Shown here one piece after another: positions 11,975 through 21,357 of a stretch of 64,000 bases of DNA. The notes beneath the pieces are model-generated. The model was not told the origin of the DNA and did no database searches. It was given only the letters and a program-made list of their open reading frames with translations. The DNA comes from Macrostomum lignano. Its lineage: Eukaryota. A program made the translations under genes and the position numbers. Location: the NCBI GenBank assembly GCA_002269645.1, contig NIVC01001040.1, forward strand, positions 62,001 through 126,000. The letters are read 5' to 3'. Within the stretch, counting starts at the first letter, position 1; every line of letters starts with the position of its first letter.

Positions 11975-12630
11975 GTAAGCACCGGACTTCCTGCTCCAAC
12001 AGTTGCTAATAAAAAGTCAGTCCAAAAATCAAATACAAAAATCAGTGCCGGAAAAAGCGCCAAACCGGTGGCTGAAAAATGTGAAAAATTCTCGGCAACA
12101 GAAATTCTGGAGTAGGCATTGAGCAGTCTGAGCAGATTGGGGAAATTGTGATTGGCTTTGTACCAGAGTTTCAAAATCAACATTGATCAGCTTGAAACTG
12201 AAATGGCACTCGAGTCAGCACAAAAATGTCTCATTAATTGAAAGGAGCAACCGGTAAAACAAACCCAGCAGTCAAATAAATAAAATTTGAATTCCGAATC
12301 GCAGCCGAATAAGCGAAACTGTGATTGGATAACTGATCCGGGCATCGGGAAGCAGCAGGGTGATCGATAGACAAAACTATAATTCAAAATTCAAAATCTG
12401 AATGAGCAGAATGAGCAGTTCGAACAAACAAAGCAGCCGGATAAACATAAAGGGCAATCAGATAAACAAAAAGGTCAATCGGATAAACAAAAAGGGCAAT
12501 CAGATAAACAAAAAGGGCAATCGAATAAACAAAAAAGGCAATCGGATAAACAAAAAGGGCAATCGGATAAACAAAAAGGGCAATCGGATAGACAAAAAGG
12601 GCAATCGGATAAACAAAAGGGCAATCGGAT
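11975..12630 (+). pseudogene. Possible decayed ORF (K/Q/E/S-rich, death-domain-like segment, in-frame GQSDKQK repeat) with several stops
   Basis: One + frame reads ILE*ALSSLSRLGKL*LALYQSFKINIDQLETEMALESAQKCLIN*KEQ and continues in register into the 21-nt repeat. Stop density alone is not below random expectation. Confidence 0.25.
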
Positions 12631-12925
12631 AAACAAAAAGGGCAATCGAATAAACAAAAAGGGCAATCGGATAAACAAAAAGGGCAATCAGATAAACAAA
12701 AAGGGCAATCGGATAAACAAAAAGGGCAATCGAATAAACAAAAAGGGCAATCGAATAAACAAAAAGGGCAATCGAATCAACAAAAAGGGGAATCGAATAA
12801 ACAAAAAGGTCAATCGGATAAACAAAAAGGGGAATCGAATAAACAAAAAGGTCAATCGGATAAACATAAAGGGCAATCGGATAAACAAAAAGGTCAACCG
12901 GAAAAACAAAAGCAGACAACGTCAG
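12438..12925. repeat. 21-bp A-rich minisatellite, copy A (~23 units)
   Basis: GGCAATCGGATAAACAAAAAG. Confidence 0.93.
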
Positions 12926-12985
12926 CAGGCAAAACCGGCCGCTCCAAGAGCCGCTCCGCTCCCTCACAGCCCATCGTTCTCGCAG

Positions 12986-13471
12986 TCACGATGAGGCACT
13001 CAGGAAGCTGTGCCGCAGCAGCTCCGCGGTGTCCGCTCGCTTCCTCGGGTCATAGTCTACGCACCTGAGGTAGAAGTCCTTCAGGCCAGCTGAGAACGCG
13101 TCTGCAATCCGAGGCATCGCCCGCCCTCCGCACCTCACGATGCCGATCCGGAACTGCTGAACGTTCGCGTCAGGAGGCTGCATGGCCGTCAGCTCATACA
13201 CGGTGCAGCCGAAGGCCCACACGTCGGTCTTGGCTGAGTACGGAATCGAATCGCCCTCGCCCATGAACAGCTCGGGCGCCATGAAGTAGGGGGTGCCTTT
13301 GGGATCGACGCCTGTGCTCAGGCCGCAGGTGCCGACGATCTCCTTGGCGAGACCGAAGTCGATCAGCTTGATGACGCCTTTGCTGGTGAGCATCGCATTG
13401 GAGCTCTTGATGTCGCGGTGCAAGATGGCGCCCTCCGGCTGGCAATGCAGGAAGTTCAGGCCTGAGCAGAT
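12986..13471 (-). CDS. Ser/Thr protein kinase (STE11/MEKK-like), C-lobe terminal exon, copy A
   Basis: Acceptor CACCTGCAG|ATC; 486 nt; [38 protein letters not shown]; stop TGA at 12986-12988. Confidence 0.93.
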   Translation of the reverse strand: MCSGLNFLHCQPEGAILHRDIKSSNAMLTSKGVIKLIDFGLAKEIVGTCGLSTGVDPKGTPYFMAPELFMGEGDSIPYSAKTDVWAFGCTVYELTAMQPPDANVQQFRIGIVRCGGRAMPRIADAFSAGLKDFYLRCVDYDPRKRADTAELLRHSFLSASS

Positions 13472-13524
13472 CTGCAGGTGGAGCAGTTTTGAGTAGTAAA
13501 GAAAGTGCATGAATTCACCCTCAC

Positions 13525-13620
13525 TGATCCCACACTGATCCCACACTGATCTCACACTGATCCCACACTGATCCCACACTGATCCCACACTGATCCCACA
13601 CTGATCCCACACTGATCCAC
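13525..13620. repeat. 11-bp intronic tandem repeat in the kinase intron, copy A
   Basis: (CCACACTGATC)n; the source of the false N-terminus SVWDQCGI in the ORF track. Confidence 0.9.
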
Positions 13621-13656
13621 CCATGCCAGGCAATGCCAGAGAACTCAGAGACACAC

Positions 13657-14041
13657 CTGTCTGGAGAAGTCCCTGACGCCGGACTCCTTGAACGGCTTTT
13701 TCTGACGCTGCATCAGCTCAAAGAGGCTGTGACCCGAGACAAGCTCGGTGAAGATGCACAGCCCATCCGACTTCTGCTCGCACTTGAGGAACTGCACAAT
13801 GTTGGGATGCGAGAGTCGCTTGAGGATCTCAACTCCCCGCTTCTCCATCTCGACGGCTTTTTGCAGCTTCCCCGATTCGCCGGTGCCGCTCAGGGGCAGC
13901 ACCTTGACAGCCACCGTCTGGTTGCGGTCTGTGAGGGCCTTGTACACCTCACCGAATCCGCCACGACCGATGAGCTGCTTCTTGTCTTTCTGCAGGATGA
14001 AGTCCCAGTCGGTGAAGCTGGGGTCCAGCTGCTTCTTGGCG
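13657..14041 (-). CDS. Ser/Thr protein kinase N-lobe exon, copy A (phase 2 start, phase 0 end)
   Basis: Acceptor TTTCAG|C GCC, donor CAG|GTGTGT; 385 nt; [28 protein letters not shown]; joins in frame to 13471. Confidence 0.92.
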
Positions 14042-14113
14042 CTGAAACATGAAATGAAGGAATTGATGAATTTTGTGTTGCTTGGGGCTTTCTGAGTACT
14101 TTGGAGTCACTCA

Positions 14114-14876
14114 GCCTTCTGCGTCACCAGCCTTCTGCGTCACCACCCTTCTGCGTCACCACCCTTCTGCGTCACCGCCCTTCTGCGTCACCAGCTTTCT
14201 GCTTCACCAGCCTTCTGCGTCACCACCCTTCTGCGTCACCACCCTTCTGCGTCACCACCCTTCTGCGTCACCACCCTTCTGCGTCAGCGCCCTTCTGCGT
14301 CACCACCCTTCTGCGTCACCACCCTTCTGCGTCACCACCCTTCTGCGTCACCACCCTTCTGCGTCACCACCCTTCTGCGTCACCACCCTTCTGCGTCACC
14401 ACCCTTCTGCGTCACCACCCTTCTGCGTCACCACCCTTCTGCGTCACCACCCTTCTGCGTCACCACCCTTCTGCGTCACCACCCTTCTGCGTCACCACCC
14501 TTCTGCGTCACCACCCTTCTGCGTCACCACCCTTCTGCGTCACCACCCTTCTGCGTCACCACCCTTCTGCGTCACCACCCTTCTGCGTCACCACCCTTCT
14601 GCGTCACCACCCTTCTGCGTCACCACCCTTCTGCGTCACCACCCTTCTGCGTCACCACCCTTCTGCGTCACCACCCTTCTGCGTCACCACCCTTCTGCGT
14701 CACCACCCTTCTGCGTCACCACCCTTCTGCGTCACCACCCTTCTGCGTCACCACCCTTCTGCGTCACCACCCTTCTGCGTCACCACCCTTCTGCGTCACC
14801 ACCCTTCTGCGTCACCACCCTTCTGCGTCACCACCCTTCTGCGTCACCACCCTTCTGCGTCACCACCCTTCTGCCA
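14114..14876. repeat. 16-bp minisatellite, copy A (~47 units)
   Basis: CTTCTGCGTCACCACC. Confidence 0.97.
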
Positions 14877-14884
14877 TGAGCATC

Positions 14885-14945
14885 CTCGGGCGCCATGAAG
14901 TGCCAGGTGCCTTTTGGCTGGTTTTGCAGGACTGCAGGTTTTGAC
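14885..14945 (-). pseudogene. Orphan kinase activation-segment fragment (KGTWHFMAPE), copy A
   Basis: Minus strand AAA GGC ACC TGG CAC TTC ATG GCG CCC GAG; homologous to the downstream kinase activation loop; truncated by the 16-bp array. Confidence 0.7.
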
Positions 14946-15404
14946 GAGTTCACCATCACCAACTGTCGCCTCATCATTTCTCACCGAGTCTCCTCAGGCA
15001 GTCCGACCGGAGTCGGCCCAGGCGGCTGGACGCTCTGTCGAGCTCGTGGGCGGGGACGCGGAGCTGCAGCGCTGTAGGAAGAGTTTTACGAGTGAGCCCG
15101 TTAAACATGTCTGGGTCGCCAAGACGGCACTTAAACTCTGCTAATGCTTCGTGTATAAAAAGCCTTGCAGATTGAGCTTTGGGTGGCGCTATGTGGACAT
15201 TGGGGCGCGATCGGGAGATTGCGGCGCCACGAAGAGATTGGAGGCTCTCAAATCATTCAAGTGCCAATATTTTGAACATCACACCAAGTACATTCCTAAT
15301 AAAATAGGAGAGTTTGAAACTTCGGAGAGTTTGATGGCACTTGAACTCGCTGATGCTTTGTGTTAAAAAACTGCAGATTGAGCTGTGGGTGGGGGGTTGG
15401 GGGC

Positions 15405-16010
15405 CCATGGGGAGATTAGGAGCGCCATGGGAAGTTTGGGGGCGCTTTGTGGAGATTAGAGGCGCCATGGGGGGAGGTTGGGGGAGCCATGGGGAGATTA
15501 GAGGCGCCATGGGGAGATTGGAGGCGCCATAGGGAAATTGGAGGCGCCATGGGGAGATTGGAGGCGCCATAGGGAAATTGAAAGCGCCATGGGGAGATTG
15601 GAGGCGCCATTGGGAGATTGGAGGCGCCATGGGGAGATTGGAGGCGCCATAGGGAAATTGGAAGCGCCATGGGGAGATTGGAGGCGCCATTGGGAGATTG
15701 GAGGCGCCATGGGGAGATTGGAGGCGCCATAGGGAAATTGGAGGCGCCATGGGGAGATTATAGGCGCCATGGGGAGATTGGAGGCGCCATAGGGAAATTG
15801 GAGGCGCCATGGGGAGATTGGAGGCGCCATGGGGAGATTGGAGGCGCCATGGGGAGATTGGAGGCGCCATGGGGAAATTGGAGGCGCCATGGGGAGATTG
15901 GAGGCGCCATGGGGAGATTGGAGGCGCCATGGGGAGGTTGGAGGCGCCATGGGGAGGTTGGAGGCGCCATGGGGAGGTTGGGGGCGCCATGGGGAGGTTG
16001 GGGGCGCCAT
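15405..16010. repeat. 20-bp minisatellite, copy A (~30 units)
   Basis: GGCGCCATGGGGAGATTGGA. Confidence 0.95.
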
Positions 16011-16162
16011 GAGGAGCTGCACTGACAGATTCATGACGCCCTCGCTTGACTGCGGCGCTGCTGAGAATTTCAGGGCGCCGATCATCAAAGCGCAATGAAT
16101 TTTCGCCAAACAATATTTTCAGTATTTTCAGTGTCTGGCAGCAGTTCTCAGTCAGGACTCAC

Positions 16163-17742
16163 CCAGCTGAGGCGGCAGTCGGCGCTGAGCTGCCAGCGGG
16201 AGGCCGAGAGGCTTCGAGCTGCCGCTGCGTGGAGGAAATCCAGGCCCGCTTTGCTGACTGGTCTCTAAAGTAGCAATAACTCTCAACATAATCAGCCGGT
16301 GTTTTGCCCTCGTTGTTCTTCAAGCCGAGCATTTCGGCTCCGATTTGGTCAAAAATGAACTGAAGAGAGTCGACTGGCTGCCACTGAGCGGCCAAATGGA
16401 CGGCCGTGTCACCTCTAGAGTCAGGAACTGTGAGACAGTCGCTGCCGAGCTCCTTCACCAGCCACTCCAGATTTGAATTGTCAGACTTCTTAGCAGCAAA
16501 GTGAAATGCTGTTCTATCATCATCTCCCTTCAGCCGAAAGCAGTCAGTTCCGATCTGTCTCTTGATCCACTCCAGCGACTCGATGCTCTGATGCTCAGCG
16601 GCCAAATGGACGGCCGTGTCACCTCTAGAGTCAGGAACTGTGAGACAGTCGCTGCCGAGCTCCTTCACCAGCCACTTCAGATTTGAATTGTCAGACTTCT
16701 GAGCAGCAAAGTGAAATGCTGTTCTATCATCATCTCCCTTCAGCTGAAAGCAGTCAGTTCCGATCTGTCCCTTGATCCACTCCAGCGACTCGATGCCCTG
16801 ATGCTGAGCGGCCAAATGGACGGCCGTGTTACCGCATTTGTCAGGAACTGTGAGACAGTCGCTGCCGAGCTCCTTCACCAGCCACTTCAGATTTGAATTG
16901 TCAGACTTCTGAGCAGCAATGTGAAATGCTGTTCTATTCCAAAACCCTCCCTTCAGCCGAAAGCAGTCAGTTCCGATCTGTCTCTTGATCCACTCCAGCG
17001 ACTCGATGCCCTGATGCTGAGCGGCCAAATGGACGGCCGTGGTACCGTATTCGTTAGGAACTCTGAGACAGTCGCTGCCGAGCTCCTTCACCAGCCACTT
17101 CAGCATTGAATTGTCCGACTTCTGAGCAGCAAAGTGAAATGCTGTTCTATCCCACAATCCCTTCAGCCGAAAGCAGTCAATTCCGATCCGTCTCTTGATC
17201 CACTCCAGCGACTCGATGCCCTGATGCTGAGCGACCAAATGGACGGCCGTGTCACCGAGTGAGTCAGGAACTGTGAGACAGTCGCTGCCGAGCTCCTTCA
17301 CCAGCCACTTCAGACAAGAGTTGCTTTTTCTGTTCATAGCGGCAAAGTGAGCGAATGTCTTTTCCCATGTACCGACAATTCTAAAGCAGCCTCTGCCTAC
17401 CTTCTTTTTAACCAGCTCCATCCAAGACTCGTCCTGATGCTGGGCAGCCAAGTCCACTGGAGTCTCACCTCCTAACAAAAAACTGCGATCATTTCTACGT
17501 GTCAGACAGTCGGGTCCGAATCTGTCAATCAGCAGCTCCAAGCACGACGAGCTCACCGGCTTGCAGGCCACGTGATGGGCCAGCGGCATTTTGCGAAGCT
17601 CTTCAAAGGGAAAGTCTATCTTGTCGAACCCGCCCACCTCCAGCTCGATGTTGCTGCCGACCTCACCGCACAGTCGCTGCAGCTCCTCGCTGTCTCCAGC
17701 CTCCAGCGCCGCTCTCAGCTTCCGCTCCATCTCTGTTGCCAT
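16163..17742 (-). CDS. Ankyrin-repeat protein exon (~12 repeats in alternating 35-aa A/B units plus cap), probably spliced onward
   Basis: ATG at 17742 in GTAGCCATGG context; GxTAVHLAA / RTAFHFAA motifs at a 210-nt period; exon ends GG|GTGAGT (consensus donor at 16162) overlapping the apparent TGA. Confidence 0.9.
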
Positions 17743-18353
17743 GGCTACACTGCTTCTCCTAGCAGCGCTTCTCTGCCGATCTGCTGTCTGCCGCAGCTGT
17801 TCCACACGGCTTCAAACTGAGTGCTTTGCTCTTCTTCAAGCGAATTTGCCTGCCAGCTCAGCAGCAGCAGCAAAAGTCCGGCTGTCACGGACTGAAATCT
17901 CTGAGCTCTCCTGTGCAGAGAAATTTGTTTAAATGGACTGAGGCCGATTCTCTTCTCTGACCCAGCGGCTGAGTTTGAGGGCTGATTGGGTGCCAGGGGG
18001 CCCGGCAGCTGCTCTGCTCAGCGGGGTGAGAGATGCAGGAGCAGTGAGATGCTGCGAGCTCTGCTGAGTTAAACAATGAGAGCTGACTGTGGCTGCGTGC
18101 TCGGCATAGCAAGTGCATTGTCAGTGGGCAGGGGTGAAGGGGCGGCAGCTGAGACACGAGGGGAGAGAGATGGAGAGGGGAGGGAGGGCAGGGCTGAGGC
18201 CTGGAAACCAAGCGGAGCTCTCTGACGATTTTCAATTTAGTTTGCAATTGTATGGCAAATATTTTGCAGAAAAATGCTTATGACTGAGGATTTTCTGTTG
18301 CTGAACTCGAAATAGATGGAGACTGGTCGCTTGGGTTTGCCAGCGACACTTTA

Positions 18354-18972
18354 CATCAGTATCTAACAGGTGACATCAGTATCTAACAGGTGACATCAGT
18401 ATGTAACAGGTGACATCAGTATCTAACAGGTGACATCAGTATCTAACAGGTGACATCAGTATCTAACAGGTGACATCGGTATCTAACAGGTGACATCAGT
18501 ATCTAACAGGTGACACCAGTATCTAACAGGTGACATCAGTATCTAACAGGTGACATCGGTATCTAACAGGTGACATCAGTATCTAACAGGTGACATCGGT
18601 ATCTAACAGGTGACACCAGTATCTAACATGTGACACCAGTATCTAACAGGTGACACCAGTATCTAACATGTGACACCAGTATCTAACAGGTGACACCAGT
18701 ATCTAACGGGTGACATCGGTATCTAACAGGTGACACCAGTATCTATCGGGTGACACCAGTATCTAACAGGTGACACCAGTATCTAACGGGTGACATCAGT
18801 ATCTAACAGGTGACATCAGTATCTAACAGGTGACACCAGTATCTAACGGGTGACATCGGTATCTAACAGGTGACACCAGTATCTAACGGGTGACATCGGT
18901 ATCTAACGGGTGACATCGGTATCTAACGGGTGACATCAGTATCTAACGGGTGACATCAGTATCTAACGGGTG
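18354..18972. repeat. 20-bp minisatellite, copy A (~31 units)
   Basis: ATCAGTATCTAACAGGTGAC with C/G variants. Confidence 0.96.
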
Positions 18973-19473
18973 AGTGGCCACTGGAGAGACCGCGCGTTAG
19001 TGCCCAGTGGACGAAAAATATCGCACCACTTAACTAATCAATAATTAATTCGTCACTTGACAGTCATGATACTTGATTTTCTGATTTAAATTTAGTGAAA
19101 TTTAATTTCCACGACACGCACAATTTGTGCACGAATTTGAAAGTTGGATTCAATTTCCTTGGATTGATGCTTTGAAAAAAATTACCTGATCGAAGAAATG
19201 ATCTATTAAAATTGCTATTTTTTAATTGCTTGGTTTAGAGGACTGCTGACTTTAACTATATACATCCAGGGTGTCCTAGTAGCTTGACTACGGGCTACTG
19301 TGGTATATTTTGATTCGGTAAATATTTCATGTAACATAATATCCGCTAACATCCGCATAGAGAAGCTATTATTTTGTATGGGCTAATTGGGGAATTAAAG
19401 CAAGCTTACGCGCAAATATTTTAATGTTTTTTTAGCATGTAGATATTATGTCAAACATTTGGAAAGTCTCGCA

Positions 19474-19529
19474 TCAACGCTTGACTTCAAACTTGACGTC
19501 TTTGCACTCGTTGATTGTTTCGCAAGAAT
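19474..19529 (-). CDS. Oxytocin/vasopressin-type precursor, last exon (neurophysin C-terminus DSCETINECKDVKFEVKR*)
   Basis: Acceptor TTTTTTTCTATTTCAG|AT, phase 1; supplies neurophysin Cys13 and Cys14; TGA at 19474-19476. Confidence 0.9.
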
Positions 19530-19620
19530 CTGAAATAGAAAAAAAGTCAGTAAACATATCTGGATTGTGAAATATTTTATTTGAAACTTTCTATTTGGTA
19601 GAGAAGGAACAGCTTCTTAC

Positions 19621-19863
19621 CAGCAGTGCAGCAGATGCCTCTGGAAGCGCAGCGACCCTTGCCTCCCAGACAGACGGTGGCGACGCGACCGCAGCCCAGG
19701 ACTTTCGCTGGCAGACGGCGGCACGCGGTGGTGTCCGGGCCGAAGCCGACGCGACATCCGCCGTGGGGGTGACAGCAGATGGTGCGGCCGAAACAGCGGC
19801 CCCAGCCGTGGGAGCAGCTCAGACAGGGACCGTTGATGGTATTGGTTGCCGGTACATGACTGC
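19621..19863 (-). CDS. Oxytocin/vasopressin-type precursor, neurophysin core exon
   Basis: CCTGCAG|GC...G|GTAAGA, 243 nt, phase 1-1: SHVPATNTINGPCLSCSHGWGRCFGRTICCHPHGGCRVGFGPDTTACRRLPAKVLGCGRVATVCLGGKGRCASRGICCTA; 12 Cys in neurophysin spacing. Confidence 0.95.
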
Positions 19864-19990
19864 CTGCAGGTTTGAAGTTATGGTAGAATTTAAAATACCT
19901 GCGTTTGGATTCGGCGTGCCGTTACATTAATTTGAGGTTCAAGGCCCAGGGCTGGCTGGCCATCTCAAAATGCCCACAGTGTGCATACTG

Positions 19991-20298
19991 TTGTAGCACA
20001 GTGGTACAGCGTCGGACTCACGACTTACAGGTCGGGGGTTCGATTCCCGATCCCACTAAAACAATTTGTGTCCTTGAGCAAGGACAACTTAACTCTGCAT
20101 TGCTTCAGTTCGCAAAGCTGTAAAATGGGTGCCAGCATTAGCTGGGGTAATAGAGGGTGTGTGTGGAGACAACCCCGGTCCTTGGACTGAACAGCCGTAC
20201 GCAGCCTTCAGATGCGCCGTGATATAGCTGCGGCTGAGCTGTCGGTTGCACATCTGGCCCAACTGAGGCAGGTGTAATAAAGTATTATTATTATTATT
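19991..20298 (+). mobile_element. tRNA-derived SINE in intron 1 of the neuropeptide gene (antisense to the gene)
   Basis: A box TAGCACAGTGG (19994), B box GGTTCGATTCC (20037), central GTGTCCTTGAGCAAGGACAACTTAAC...CTGTAAAATGGGT block, AATAAAG(TAT)n tail; flanked by ATACTG (19985, 20299) as a likely TSD. Confidence 0.75.
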
Positions 20299-20467
20299 AT
20301 ACTGCTGTACACTCAGAGTGTGCGCCTGCGTGCTCAGGTGTCCGTGGAATGGCATTGACTGCTGGACTTCTTGCTGACGGCTGTGGTTATTAAAGCCCCC
20401 CTTCTGATGAGTTGCCTGTTTGGCTTCAAAATTTTGCAGATTGTAAACAGGACTGCCTGCGACTCAC

Positions 20468-20636
20468 CAGTTTCATCAGCTTGCATCGACGCCAATTCAA
20501 ACTCGTCTATCGAGCGTTTCTTCTTGCCGCCTGGCGCACAGTTTTCCATGAAACAGGCGCCGCAGCAATGCAACAGGTATGCCAGGCACAGAAGAGCCAC
20601 GAGCTTGCGTTGAGCTGTTGTCGTCTTGTAGGCCAT
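20468..20636 (-). CDS. Oxytocin/vasopressin-type precursor, first coding exon (signal peptide, CFMENCAPG, GKKKR, spacer)
   Basis: MAYKTTTAQRKLVALLCLAYLLHCCGA-CFMENCAPG-G-KKKR-SIDEFELASMQADET; donor G|GTGAGT at 20467; acceptor TTTTACAG 9 nt upstream of the ATG. The three exons total 468 nt = 155 aa + stop. Confidence 0.95.
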
Positions 20637-21357
20637 TGTTAGTTTCTGTAAAATAGAAAGAGAAGTATTCGATAGTAGCTGATACTATCGAAAAAAGCCA
20701 CAGAACTCTTAACGGTTCCTGGATATTGAAAAGCTCGGTGCAGCCAGCTGTGCTACTGCAAGTACTGAATATGGCTCGCTTGACTGCAATCTGCATGAAT
20801 TTGTGTCTGACTTTGCTGCCTTCACTTCACCCTGCTGTGGCACCTCATCAATGGCGCTTTGTGCTCAAATGCAGTTTATTTATAAATTTATTAATAATTT
20901 TGCATTTTGTACTCACGGTTTATTTTGCTAATCTTTATACACAGTTCAGGTGTGCATTTTGTAATCCACCTTTGATAATCTTTGGATTTATTTATCCGGT
21001 GCAACAGACTGACCCTGCTTCTACTCGCCCCGACCCTAGCCATCCAAGCAGCTCCAGACCAGCCGAGCTCAATGCCCAGAGGACAATGGCGAAGCTGAGG
21101 TTTAAGGGCCGAGCCGGCAGCCTGCGAACGCGTGTCAAAAGAAGGCTCGCTGCAAATGCTTTTTTAGGAGGGGGGGGGGTTGATGGCTGCCTAAAAGCGG
21201 CAAAGAGACAAGATGCGTGAGCGCCAACCCTGCCCCGCTCAAACCATTCACTGCTTTGCATTGCGCTTGTGCTCTCAGCTAAAATTTACTGCCTTTGATA
21301 TTCGGCACTTCGTGTTTTCAGATGCGAGCCTCCCACTCATATTGGGCGTTTAGAATT

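Noticed and set aside
13633-14095. Plus-strand ORFs of 115-139 aa (also 44922-45384)
   Set aside because: Antisense shadows of the kinase exon.
15405-16010. The 20-bp unit contains CATGGCGCC, the codons of the kinase M-A-P(E) motif
   Set aside because: Only 9 nt are shared; this cannot be distinguished from chance.
14073-16113. His/Pro-rich ORFs (LLRHHPSASPPFCVTT; MAPPISPWRLQSPHGASNL)
   Set aside because: 16-bp and 20-bp arrays; unit lengths are not multiples of three.
19595-19930. Plus-strand 111-aa Ala/Thr-rich ORF (also 51376-51711)
   Set aside because: Antisense shadow of the neurophysin exon.
19991-20060. tRNA gene candidate (also 1372-1426 and ~48560-48595)
   Set aside because: A/B boxes without a complete cloverleaf; the 19991 copy continues into a SINE body and tail.
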